In this document: one piece after another, positions 10,104 through 21,183 of the stretch
Numbering within the stretch: the first letter of the stretch is position 1
Layout: every line of letters starts with the position of its first letter
NCBI GenBank assembly: GCA_022827685.1
Contig: JAJEIH010000047.1
Span: forward strand, 16,536 to 80,535
Reading direction: 5' to 3'
DNA from: Alphaproteobacteria bacterium
GTDB taxonomy: Bacteria > Pseudomonadota > Alphaproteobacteria > Bin95
Length of the DNA: 64,000 bases
The notes under the pieces: generated by a model
What the model was told of the DNA's origin: nothing
What the model saw: the letters and a program-made list of their open reading frames with translations, nothing else
The model's database searches: none
Program-made: the position numbers and the translations under genes

Positions 10104-10133
10104 TGACATCTGGCGGATTGTGTTATGATGGTC
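10104..10133 (+). promoter_or_regulatory. Near-consensus sigma70-type promoter (TTGACA, 15-16 nt spacer, TATGAT) preceded by an AT-rich UP-like tract
   Basis: The motif ttgacatctggcggattgtgttatgatgg sits at the 3' edge of an 80-bp AT-rich island (10056-10100: gaattatgaaaaatttctagatttttcaaattttgttcg) within otherwise 68% GC DNA. Confidence 0.35.
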
Positions 10134-10360
10134 CCCGGGGAGGCGGCATCCGGAGCCGCGTCCCGGGCGTCGCGCGGCCGGGCGGCGCCACTTTCTGAAA
10201 ACCCGTGAGAAGCCGACGGGAGAGGTGCGCCCTCTGCCTCGCGCGCGCAATCAGGCGCGCGAACCGCGCCGCCGCGATACGCGCGCCGGCGCGCGCACAG
10301 GCGCCCGCGCAGGATACGCGCGGAACAGGGACCCGCTCCCGGTCGGCAGAAGGAGGAACG

Positions 10361-10500
10361 ATGACGGCAACCGACCCCCGCCCCGCACTGGCCGCGATGC
10401 TGGCCGAAAGGCTCGCCCCTGCCGCCGCGGCCCTTGCCGGCGCCTGTGCGGAAGACATGAACGCCGGGCAGCCGCCGGAGGACGCCCGCGTTCCGGGACT
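10361..10500 (+). other. Small SD-preceded ORF (MTATDPRPALAAMLAERLAPAAAALAGACAEDMNAGQPPEDA...) whose reading frame becomes non-coding-like after about 45 codons; possible frameshifted small gene or leader peptide
   Basis: A strong Shine-Dalgarno (gaaggagga) sits 6 nt before the ATG at 10361. GC3-rich codon usage holds for about 45 codons, after which a +1 frame (TPAFRDWLARQERREAADMAATEAAAGGGGGW) looks more coding-like. The frame then runs into REP element copy 2. Confidence 0.2.
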
Positions 10501-10632
10501 GGCTCGCCCGGCAGGAGCGCCGCGAGGCCGCAGACATGGCCGCAACGGAAGCCGCAGCCGGAGGCGGGGGCGGGTGGCGACGGGTGGTAGGGCATGCTCC
10601 GCCCGGGTTGAAACGGCCGGTCCGGAGCGTCC

Positions 10633-10764
10633 TCCCCTCCCGCTCGGCGGGAGGGGTTGGGGGCGAGCCTCTCCGCGCGACGGGCCTCTGCCGGGCTCCG
10701 CCCGCCGCTTCCGCTGGCGCGCAAGCGGCCCCCCTCCCGGCCTCCCCCGCAAGCGGGAGAGGAG
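10633..10764. repeat. REP/RIME-like intergenic mosaic element, copy 2
   Basis: It shares a roughly 130-bp core with copy 1 (8586-8717), with the same stacked palindromes. Confidence 0.6.
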
Positions 10765-10975
10765 GTCAAAGAGCGGAGAGGCTTATGCCCGAAACGGCTA
10801 CAGCATATGAACTCTGCGCATGAAGAACATGACATCGCATGACACTTCATGACGCGCTGCGGGGTCTCTTCGCGTCGCCCGAACGCAATCGCTCCCTGCC
10901 CGTCCGGCGCGGGGGTTGCCGCCGGGCCGCTCTGCCGCCATGTTGCGGAGGCCGTCCCGGAACCGGGGTAGAGAG

Positions 10976-11866
10976 ATGGAGATTGCGGCAAGCGCGCCCG
11001 GCGTCGTGAAGGACGCCACCGACCAGACCTTCATGGCCGATGTCATCGAAGCCTCGATGACGGCGCCGGTGATCGTCGATTTCTGGGCGCCCTGGTGCGG
11101 CCCCTGCAAGCAATTGGGGCCGGTGCTCGAGAAGGTCGTGTCCAATGCCGGCGGCAAGGTCAGCCTCGTCAAGGTCGATATCGACAAGAGCCCGGTGGTC
11201 GCGCAGCAGATGCGCATCCAGTCGATCCCGGCCGTCTATGCCTTCGACCAGGGGCGCCCGGTCGATGCCTTCATGGGCGCGTTGCCGGAGAGCCAGGTCA
11301 AGGCGTTTGTCGAGCGGCTGGTGGGCGGGCCGGTCGAATCGGCCGTCGAGGCCGCTGTCGAGCAGGCCCGCGCGGCGCTGGAGGGCGGCGACGCGCAGAC
11401 CGCGGGCGCGATCCTCAACGAAGTGCTGAGGCAGGAGCCGGAGAACGCCGCCGCCATTGCCGGCCTTGCCCAGGTGTTTCTCGCCGTGGACGAGGTCACG
11501 CAAGCCCGCGCCATGCTGGACCGGCTGCCCGACGGCGCCGGCCAGGACCCGGCGGTGGCCGCGGCCGTCACCGCGGTGGAGCTCGCCGAGCAGAGCGCGG
11601 ATGCGGGCGACACGGCGGATCTGCGCGGCGCGGTGGAAGCCGACCCGGACGACCACCAGGCGCGCTTCGACCTGGCGATGGCGCTGTTCGGCGGCGGACG
11701 CCACAAGGAGGCGGCGGAGGAACTGCTGGAGCTCTACCGCCGCGACCGGGAATGGAATGACGGCGCGGCCCGCAGCCAGCTCGTCAAATTCTTCGAGGCG
11801 TGGGGGCCGATGCACGAACTCACGGTCGATATCCGCCGCCGCCTCTCGACCCTGATGTTCAGCTAG
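10976..11866 (+). CDS. Thioredoxin-domain protein with C-terminal TPR region (YbbN/CnoX-like co-chaperone)
   Basis: The protein from the ATG at 10976 (MEIAASAPGVVKDATDQTFMADVIEA...) carries the thioredoxin active-site motif WAPWCGPCK. The C-terminal half is helical and repeat-rich. Confidence 0.85.
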   Translation: MEIAASAPGVVKDATDQTFMADVIEASMTAPVIVDFWAPWCGPCKQLGPVLEKVVSNAGGKVSLVKVDIDKSPVVAQQMRIQSIPAVYAFDQGRPVDAFMGALPESQVKAFVERLVGGPVESAVEAAVEQARAALEGGDAQTAGAILNEVLRQEPENAAAIAGLAQVFLAVDEVTQARAMLDRLPDGAGQDPAVAAAVTAVELAEQSADAGDTADLRGAVEADPDDHQARFDLAMALFGGGRHKEAAEELLELYRRDREWNDGAARSQLVKFFEAWGPMHELTVDIRRRLSTLMFS

Positions 11867-11879
11867 GGAGCAGGCGGCC

Positions 11880-12533
11880 GTGGCCCTCAGGCGATCCCTG
11901 CCGGAGGTCATCCCGGTTTTCCCGCTGCCCGGCGTGCTGCTGCTGCCGCGCGCCATGCTGCCGCTGCATATCTTCGAGCCGCGCTACCGGGCGATGATTC
12001 GCGATGCGCTGGGCGATGAGGGAATCGTCGGCATGGTGCAGCCCTGCGCGGAAGGGACCGACCCGGCGAACCCGCCGATCTACGGGATCGGCTGCGCCGG
12101 CAAGATCCAGAACTCGGAAAAGCTCGACGACGGGCGCTACATGATCGCGCTGCAGGGCATCGCCCGCTTTCGCATAGACCGCGAGCTGGCGCGCCATCCC
12201 GACGGCTACCGCACCGTCCATGCGGATTTCGAGGGGTTTGGAGACGACCTCGACGCGCGCCGCAGCGGCCCGGTGGACCGCGACGGCCTGCTGGAGGCGC
12301 TCCGCGGCTTCCTGGCGCGGCGGGGGCTCAGCGCCGACTGGGACGCCGTGGGCAGCGCCGACGACGAAATGCTGGTCAACGCGCTCTCCATGGGCTGTCC
12401 CTTCGCGCCCAACGAGAAGCAGGCGCTGCTCGAATGCGGCGACACCGGCGAGCGCGCCCGGATGCTGGAAACGCTGTTTGCGATGTCGGGCTTCCAGGCG
12501 GCGAACGACGACGACCCGGCGCGGATGAATTGA
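11880..12533 (+). CDS. LON substrate-binding (Lon N-terminal) domain protein
   Basis: 217 aa with [29 protein letters not shown], typical of stand-alone LON N-domain proteins. It immediately follows the thioredoxin gene. Confidence 0.85.
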   Translation: MALRRSLPEVIPVFPLPGVLLLPRAMLPLHIFEPRYRAMIRDALGDEGIVGMVQPCAEGTDPANPPIYGIGCAGKIQNSEKLDDGRYMIALQGIARFRIDRELARHPDGYRTVHADFEGFGDDLDARRSGPVDRDGLLEALRGFLARRGLSADWDAVGSADDEMLVNALSMGCPFAPNEKQALLECGDTGERARMLETLFAMSGFQAANDDDPARMN

Positions 12534-12540
12534 GGCGGCG

Positions 12541-12735
12541 ATGACGGGTTCCGGAGAGGTCGATCCGCTGCTGCTGCAACTGCTGGTCTGCCCGGTGACC
12601 AAGGGGCCGCTGGATTACGACCGCGAGGCCGGCGAGCTGGTCAGCCGCTCGGCAGGGCTGGCCTATCCGATCCGGGACGGCATCCCGATCATGCTGGTGG
12701 AGGAGGCGCGGGAGCTCGACGGGGACGGCCGGTGA
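12541..12735 (+). CDS. Trm112/YcaR (DUF343) family protein
   Basis: 64 aa with [14 protein letters not shown]...IRDGIPIML. Confidence 0.8.
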   Translation: MTGSGEVDPLLLQLLVCPVTKGPLDYDREAGELVSRSAGLAYPIRDGIPIMLVEEARELDGDGR

Positions 12736-13097
12736 GCCGCCCGACGGAGCTGCGCTATTCCAGGGCCGGGCGCGTGCTGCATGTCGCCTTCGACGACGGG
12801 GCGGCGTTCGACCTGCCGGCGGAGTTGCTGCGCGTCGAGAGCCCTTCGGCCGAGGTGCAGGGCCACGGGCCGGGCCGCAAGACGCTGGTTCCGGGCCGCG
12901 CGCATGTTGGCATCACTGAAATCCTGCCCGAGGGCAACTATGCCGTCCGGCTGGTTTTCGACGACCTGCACGACACCGGCATCTACAGCTGGAGCTATCT
13001 GCGCGAACTCGGAGAACGCCGGGAGGAACTCTGGGACGCCTATCTGGAGGCGCTCGAGGCCGGCGGCCTCTCGCGGGAGCCGCAGCGCGCGCCGTGA
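12732..13097 (+). CDS. DUF971 family protein (gamma-butyrobetaine hydroxylase-like N-terminal domain)
   Basis: 121 aa with a DUF971-like pattern ([26 protein letters not shown]...[11 protein letters not shown]). The GTG start overlaps the Trm112 stop. Confidence 0.75.
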   Translation: MSRPTELRYSRAGRVLHVAFDDGAAFDLPAELLRVESPSAEVQGHGPGRKTLVPGRAHVGITEILPEGNYAVRLVFDDLHDTGIYSWSYLRELGERREELWDAYLEALEAGGLSREPQRAP

Positions 13098-13197
13098 CAG
13101 CCCTGCCGCCGCCGGCTATTTTCCCGCCGTTCCCGGAGTGTGCGGGTCTTCGCTCCGTCCACGGGACCCCGCGGCCTTCAGGGAGGATGCAAGGCTT

Positions 13198-14186
13198 ATG
13201 CGCGTCGTGATAACCGGCGGCGCCGGCTTCATCGGCCGGCGGCTCGCGCTCCGGCTGCTCGAGGTGAATGCGCTGACGGACTCCGCCGGCCGGGAGCAGC
13301 CGGTCGAACGGGTCGTCCTGTTCGACAGGGCCGCGCCCGACCCGCGCCTCCTGCACGATCCGCGCGTCGAGGCCGTCATCGGCGATATCGGCGACCCGGA
13401 GCAGGTGCGCGCCGTCATCGCCCCGGACACGGGCGCCGTCTTCCACCTGGCGGCGGTGGTGAGCGCCGGGGCGGAGGAGGATTTCGACCTCGGCATGACG
13501 GTCAACCTCCAGGGCACGATGAACGTGCTGGCCGCCGCGCGCAGCCTGCCGGAGCCGGCGCGCCTGGTGTTCGCAAGCTCGGTCGCGGTCTATGGCGGCG
13601 CGATGCCGGAGACGATCCCGGACGGGCTGATCCTGAACCCGCAGACCTCCTACGGCACGCAGAAGGCCGTCGGCGAACTGCTGGTGCAGGACTATGCGCG
13701 CAAGGGCTATGTGGACGGGCGGGCGCTGCGCTTCCCGACGGTCGTGGTGCGCCCCGGCAAGCCCAACAAGGCGGCCTCGACCTGGGCGAGCTCCATCATC
13801 CGCGAGCCGCTGCAGGGCGAGGAGGCCGTCTGCCCGGTGGAGCCGGACCAGGCGATGTATGTGCTCTCGCCGCGCAAGGTGGTGGACGCCGTGCTGAAGG
13901 CGGCCGCCATGCCGCCGGAAGCCTGGGGGCCGGCACGGATGCTGGCGCTGCCGGGCCTGACCGTCACCGTGCGGGAGATGCTGGCGGCGCTTGCGGCCGT
14001 CGCGGGCGAGCGGGTGGCGGCGCGCGTGCATTTCGAGCCTGACCCCTTCATCCAGCAGATCGTGAACGGCTGGGCCACGCATTTCGACCCGGCGCGGGGC
14101 GAGGCGCTCGGCTTCGAGACCGACCGGGATTTCGAGGAGATCGTGCGCATCTTCATCGAGGACGAGCTTGGCGGGAGCTATGCCGC

Positions 14187-14190
<4 letters not shown>
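13198..14190 (+). CDS. NAD-dependent epimerase/dehydratase family protein (extended SDR; D-erythronate dehydrogenase-like)
   Basis: The ATG at 13198 gives MRVVITGGAGFIGRRL (Rossmann GxxGxxG), and the protein carries the catalytic YxxxK (YGTQK). Confidence 0.8.
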
Positions 14191-15806
<1,616 letters not shown>

Positions 15807-15882
15807 GGCCGGGCGGGCTTCCGCCGCCGGCGGGCCGGCGAGTGTGCTAAGGTTCGGCGACGCAGTCCCGGAGCGGAGGCTC

Positions 15883-16551
15883 ATGGAACGCAGCATCGGC
15901 AGCATGGGATCGGAATACACGCGCTTCCGCGTCGATCCGGAGGCTGTGCCGCTCCTGGCGAAGCTCGACTGGAACAGCATTGCGCGCCGGGTGTTCATCG
16001 ATCCCGCCGGCGGCCGCGTCGCGCTCATGACGCCGTCTTCGAAGCATGAACGCTACGCCTGGGGCACCGGCCGGCTGATGGATGCCGTGGACAGGGCCGG
16101 CATCCCCGTAGTCGCGCTCGGATCGACCCGCTGGCGCCGGCCCGAAGACCCGGAGAACACCGGGGCCGAACCCGACGCCTGCTACTATCTGGGCGAGACC
16201 GCCGAGCGCTGGGGGCGGGCTTACGAACGGGGCGAGCCGGAACTGGAAGCGTTCGAGTTGCACACGCCGCCGTCGCTCGTGATCGAGGTCGAGCGGAGTT
16301 TCGGCGACGGGGACAAGCCCGCCTTCTACCGCCGGCTGGGCGTGCCGGAAATGTGGCGGCTCGACATCTCGGGGAACACGCGCGAAGCGGCCATGCTGGA
16401 CCTCCAGGCTCCGGACGGCCCGGCGGAACTGGCGTCCTCGCTCGTGCTGCCCCCGGCGACCCCGTCCTTCGTGCTGACTGCGCTGGAACTGGCTGTCCGC
16501 CGCCGCCTCGGCGAACTCGACGCCCTGATCGGGGCGCAGAAAATCCACTGA
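15883..16551 (+). CDS. Uma2 (DUF820) family PD-(D/E)xK endonuclease-like protein, copy 1
   Basis: AEPDACYYLG and PSLVIEVERSFGDGDKPAFYRRLGVPEMWRLD fit the Uma2 signature. It is about 60% identical to a paralog at 42757-43434. The start could be 15883 or 15904. Confidence 0.7.
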   Translation: MERSIGSMGSEYTRFRVDPEAVPLLAKLDWNSIARRVFIDPAGGRVALMTPSSKHERYAWGTGRLMDAVDRAGIPVVALGSTRWRRPEDPENTGAEPDACYYLGETAERWGRAYERGEPELEAFELHTPPSLVIEVERSFGDGDKPAFYRRLGVPEMWRLDISGNTREAAMLDLQAPDGPAELASSLVLPPATPSFVLTALELAVRRRLGELDALIGAQKIH

Positions 16552-16582
16552 ACGAACCGAAGACGGAAGAGAGGGAAACCCG

Positions 16583-18235
16583 ATGAGTGAACTGACGGGT
16601 TCGGCGATCCTCGCCAAGGCGCTGCGCAGGCAGGGCTGCGACGAGATGTTTTTCCTGATGGGCGGCCCGATGCTGCTGGCGGAGACCGAATGCGCCAATG
16701 AAGGCATCCGCATGGTCGATGTGCGCCACGAGCAGGCCGCCGCGATGATGGCGCACGCCTATGCGCGGCTGCGCACCAAGCCGGCGGCCTGCATGGCGGC
16801 CTCCGGGCCGGGCGTCACCAACCTTGTCACCGGCCTCTGCAACGCGCTGGTCGATTGCACGCCGGTGGTCGCGGTCGGCGGCTGCTCGCCGGTCGCGCAG
16901 TTCGGCAAGGACGTCTTCCAGGAGATCGACCAGATGCGGATCATGGAGGGCTGCGTGAAGTGGTCCGCCCGCGTGTACGATCCGCGCCGCATCCCGGAAA
17001 TCGTCGATATCGCCTTCCAGCAGGCGATGGCCGGCAAGCCGGGGCCGGTCTATATCGATATGCCGGGCGACGTGCTCTACACCAAGGTGCCGGAAGAGGA
17101 GATCAATTGGACGACCTCCGGGCGCCCGCTGCTCAGGAGCCGCCCCGCCGGCCAGCAGGACCTGATCGAGGAGACGGCCGCGATCCTGGCCGCCTCCGAG
17201 CGCCCGGTGATGGTCTCCGGCTCCGGCATCCTCTGGTCGGAAGCCTCGGAGGCGATGCACCGCTTCGTCGATGCCTCCGGCATTCCCTTCTACACCACGC
17301 CGCAGGGCCGGGGCGTCGTGCCCGAGGACCATCCCTGGCACTACGCCACCATGCGCTCGACCGCCTTCCGCGAGGCCGACTGCATCCTGATCCTCGGCAC
17401 GCGCCTCAACTACATCGTCGGCCACGCCGCGCCGCCGCGCTTCAACGCCGATGCGCGCATCGTGCGGATCGACATCGACCAGACCGAGATCGCGCAGAGC
17501 CCGCGGCCCATCGACATCGGCATCGTGGCGGATGTGCGCACCGCGCTGGAGCAGCTGATGGAGGCCATAGACGGGCGCTTCGACGCCGACCGCTTCAAGG
17601 CCTGGCGCGACCGGCTGGCGGAGGGCGAGGCGGAGAAGCGCGCCCGGCCCGGCGGCAACGCCCTCTCGGACGACACGCCGATCCACCCGCTCCGGCTCTG
17701 CGAGGAGGTCAAGAATTTCATGGACCGGGACTCCATCCTCGTGGTGGACGGCCAGGAAATCCTGAACTACGGGCGCCAGTCCATGCCGACCTACGCGCCC
17801 GGCCACCGGCTGAACTCCGGCCCGTTCGGCACGATGGGCGTGGGCCTGCCCTACGCCATCGGCGCCAAGGTCGCCAAGCCGGACAAGCAGGTCATCTGCG
17901 TGCATGGCGACGGCTCGATGGGCATCAACGCGATGGAGCTCGAAGCCGCCCAGCGCCAGGGCATTCCGGTGCTGGTGGTCATCAGCTGCAACGGCGGCTG
18001 GACCGCGGATCCCAATCGCGAAAAGATCGGGCGCGACCTCGGCTATGTGCGCTTTGACAGGATCGCCGAGGCGCTCGGCTGCTATGGCGAGCAGGTCGAG
18101 GAGCCGGGCGGGATCCGCGCGGCGCTGGAGCGGGGCCAGGCGGAAGTGGACAAGGGCCGCGTCGCCGTCATCAATGTCGTGACCGACTACCGCGCCCGCG
18201 CCGGCACGGTCCAGTTCGCGCAATACTCCACCTGA
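16583..18235 (+). CDS. Thiamine pyrophosphate-dependent enzyme (acetolactate synthase large subunit-like)
   Basis: 550 aa with the three TPP-enzyme domains and the HGDGSMGINAMELEAA TPP-binding region. Confidence 0.85.
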   Translation: MSELTGSAILAKALRRQGCDEMFFLMGGPMLLAETECANEGIRMVDVRHEQAAAMMAHAYARLRTKPAACMAASGPGVTNLVTGLCNALVDCTPVVAVGGCSPVAQFGKDVFQEIDQMRIMEGCVKWSARVYDPRRIPEIVDIAFQQAMAGKPGPVYIDMPGDVLYTKVPEEEINWTTSGRPLLRSRPAGQQDLIEETAAILAASERPVMVSGSGILWSEASEAMHRFVDASGIPFYTTPQGRGVVPEDHPWHYATMRSTAFREADCILILGTRLNYIVGHAAPPRFNADARIVRIDIDQTEIAQSPRPIDIGIVADVRTALEQLMEAIDGRFDADRFKAWRDRLAEGEAEKRARPGGNALSDDTPIHPLRLCEEVKNFMDRDSILVVDGQEILNYGRQSMPTYAPGHRLNSGPFGTMGVGLPYAIGAKVAKPDKQVICVHGDGSMGINAMELEAAQRQGIPVLVVISCNGGWTADPNREKIGRDLGYVRFDRIAEALGCYGEQVEEPGGIRAALERGQAEVDKGRVAVINVVTDYRARAGTVQFAQYST

Positions 18236-18240
18236 CGGCA

Positions 18241-18858
18241 ATGGCGGCGCGGCGCGCGGTCCGGGCAGTCGCGGCGGCGCTGGCCGCCTTCTGCCTCGCC
18301 GCCGCCGCGCCCCCGCCTCCGTCATCGACCCCATCTTCGCCCCCCCCGCTGGAGGCGCTGTTCGGCGGGCCGTTCTCGCTCACCGACCATAACAGCCGGC
18401 CGGTGACGGACGAGACCTTCCGCGGCCGCTTCGCGCTCCTCTATTTCGGCTACACCTTCTGCCCGGACCTTTGCCCGACCAACCTGCTGACCATGGCGGA
18501 AGCGCTGGAGGCGCTGGGGCCGGAGCAGGCCGGGCGGGTGCAGCCCCTGTTCGTCACCGTCGATCCCGACCGCGACGGCCTGCCGGCGCTCAGGGACTAC
18601 ATGGCGCATTTCGGCCCGCGTTTCCTCGCGCTCAGGGGCACACCGGCCCAGACCCGCGCCGTGTTGAAGGCCTGGCGCATCCACCGCCGCAAGGTGCCGG
18701 CCGAGGCCGGGGCGGACGCGGACGACTACCTGGTGGACCATGCGACCCTCACCTTCCTGATGGGGCCGGACGGCAAGTTCCGCACGCTCTTTCCGCACGA
18801 CACGCGGACGGAGAAGATGACGGCGACGCTCCGCCGCTATCTCGCCGCCGAACGGTAG
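18241..18858 (+). CDS. SCO1/SenC family copper chaperone
   Basis: 205 aa with a signal/TM segment and the CxxxC motif YFGYTFCPDLCPT. Confidence 0.85.
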   Translation: MAARRAVRAVAAALAAFCLAAAAPPPPSSTPSSPPPLEALFGGPFSLTDHNSRPVTDETFRGRFALLYFGYTFCPDLCPTNLLTMAEALEALGPEQAGRVQPLFVTVDPDRDGLPALRDYMAHFGPRFLALRGTPAQTRAVLKAWRIHRRKVPAEAGADADDYLVDHATLTFLMGPDGKFRTLFPHDTRTEKMTATLRRYLAAER

Positions 18859-19023
18859 CCCCGACGGGGCCTGCAGCGGCTCGCCGCGCACGAGGCAGGA
18901 CGGCGAGCGGAATGCAGGCTCGGATGCCTTTCGCCAGCGCAATGGGGCGGAGACGGACTATGTTCGCAAGAAGTCAGTAATAATTCTTGTAATGACATTG
19001 ACATTATGGAATGACAGACCATA

Positions 19024-19326
19024 TTGGGACGAAGGAAGGAGACGGCAGTGACGGACGATTTCGGAATCTGGGAAGTGGACGAGGCGGAGAAAACCGCACA
19101 TCCGTTGAAGACGGCCGGGAGCGCCGGGACGGAAGCCCTGCTGGAGCACATTCTGGCGCGGAACCCCGACATGCTGATGCCGGGCCTCAAATTGGTCGGG
19201 AGGCAATTGCCGGCAGCCAACTGGGCTCTGGACCTGCTGGGCGGCGACTCAGAAGGCCGGCTCGTCCTGTTCGAACTGAAGCAGGAGAAGCTCAGGCGCG
19301 AGGCGGCGGAGCAGCTGCTTCCGTGA
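19024..19326 (+). pseudogene. Truncated NucS/DUF91-like PD-(D/E)xK nuclease fragment
   Basis: ALLEHILARNPDMLMPGLKLVGRQLPAANWALDLLGGDSEGRLVLFELK matches the start of the NucS-type nuclease core. A stop follows only 14 codons after the ELK motif. The fragment is preceded by an AT-rich patch (18960-19030) and abuts the ubiH-like start. Confidence 0.35.
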
Positions 19327-20540
19327 GCCGGTTCGATGTCATCGTCGTTGGCGGCGGGCTGGTCGGCGCGGTGGCGGCGCGCGCCTTCGCTTCGGCCGGG
19401 CTGGAGACGGCGCTGGTGGACCGCGCGCCGGTCGCGGAGGGCGCGGCGTTCGACGGGCGCACCACCGCCATTTCGCACGCTTCCGTGCAGGTGCTGCGGG
19501 GCGTGGGCCTCTGGCCGGCGATCGCGGCGCATGCCGAGCCGATGGCGGACATCCGCATCACCGACGGCGAGGCGCCGGTCTTCCTGCATTACGACCATCG
19601 CGAGGTCAGCGACGAGCCGTTCGGCTATATCGTCGAGAACCGGCTGATCCGCGCGGCCGCGGCGGCGCTGCTGGAAGACACGCCGAATGTCGCCGTCTTC
19701 GCCCCGGCCGCGGCGGAGCGGAGCGAGCGCGGCGGCGGCCTCGCCCGGCTGTTCCTCAAGGACGGGCGCGTTCTGGAAGCGCCGCTCATTGTCGCCGCCG
19801 ACGGGCGCGGCTCGCCGCTCCGCCGCGAAGCGGGAATCGGGACGGTGGAATGGGCCTACGGGCAGAAGGCGCTGGTGCTGACCGTCGGCCATGAGGAGCC
19901 GCACGGCAATGTCGCGCATGAGCGGTTCCTCGCGGGCGGGCCGTTCGCCATCCTGCCGATGACCGACGGCCCGGACGGCGAACACCGCTCCTCCATCGTC
20001 TGGTCGGAGCGGAGCGGGCTTGCCGACGCGCTGTTCGTGCTCGACGATGCGCGCTTCCTTCAGGAGCTCGCATGGCGCTTCGGCGATTTCCTGGGGGAGC
20101 TCCGGCTCATCGGCCCGCGCTGGCGCTGGCCGGTCGGGCTCGTGCTGGCGGAGCGCTTCTTCGCCGAAAGGCTGGCGCTGGCGGGCGACGCGGCCTGCGG
20201 CATCCACCCCATCGCCGGGCAGGGCTTCAATCTCGGCATTCGCGGCGTGGCCGCGCTTGGCGAGTGCGCGGTCGATGCGTTCCGCCTCGGGCTCGATATC
20301 GGCGGCCCGGCCGTGCTGGCGGAATACCAGCGCCGGCAACGGGCGGAGAGCGTCGTGCTAGCGGGCGTCACCGACGGGCTGAACCGGCTCTTCTCGAACG
20401 CCGTCCCGCCCGTGCAGGCCGCCCGGCAACTTGGCCTCGCGGCGGTCGGACGGCTGCCGGGCCTCAAGCGCGCCTTCATGCGCCACGCCATGGGCGTTGC
20501 CGGCACGCCGCCCCGCCTCGTGCGCGGCGAGCCGCTCTGA
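19323..20540 (+). CDS. UbiH/UbiF/VisC/COQ6-family FAD-dependent hydroxylase
   Basis: A GTG start gives VSRFDVIVVGGGLVGAVAA (FAD GxGxxG), a DG motif (LIVAADGRGSPLR) and GDAA (LALAGDAACGIHP). Confidence 0.85.
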   Translation: MSRFDVIVVGGGLVGAVAARAFASAGLETALVDRAPVAEGAAFDGRTTAISHASVQVLRGVGLWPAIAAHAEPMADIRITDGEAPVFLHYDHREVSDEPFGYIVENRLIRAAAAALLEDTPNVAVFAPAAAERSERGGGLARLFLKDGRVLEAPLIVAADGRGSPLRREAGIGTVEWAYGQKALVLTVGHEEPHGNVAHERFLAGGPFAILPMTDGPDGEHRSSIVWSERSGLADALFVLDDARFLQELAWRFGDFLGELRLIGPRWRWPVGLVLAERFFAERLALAGDAACGIHPIAGQGFNLGIRGVAALGECAVDAFRLGLDIGGPAVLAEYQRRQRAESVVLAGVTDGLNRLFSNAVPPVQAARQLGLAAVGRLPGLKRAFMRHAMGVAGTPPRLVRGEPL

Positions 20541-20640
20541 CGCCGGGTTCAGCGATGCGCGGCCTTGTTTGGCGGCATCCGGCAACACTCCCTCCCACCC
20601 GGCCTTGAGGGTCAGGGCAGGACGCCGGCGGCAGCACTGA

Positions 20641-21168
<528 letters not shown>

Positions 21169-21183
21169 GCGGGAGATAAGGAC

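Noticed and set aside
10130-10360. Known housekeeping sRNA (tmRNA, 6S, SRP RNA, RNase P RNA) downstream of the strong promoter
   Set aside because: I looked for the tmRNA tag ORF (ANDN...), the SRP domain IV motif and RNase P P4 sequence and found none. The region is kept only as an unclassified structured leader or sRNA candidate.
16025-18334. 769-aa minus-strand ORF
   Set aside because: It is antisense to the TPP enzyme and Uma2 genes. The translation is Arg/Ala/Pro-rich with no motifs.
18837-20339. 500-aa minus-strand ORF and other long antisense ORFs (for example 36201..38732, 59592..61757, 14178..16028, 52676..54241, 54574..56487)
   Set aside because: All lie opposite strongly supported genes and have biased low-complexity composition. 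In a roughly 67% GC genome such shadow ORFs are expected.
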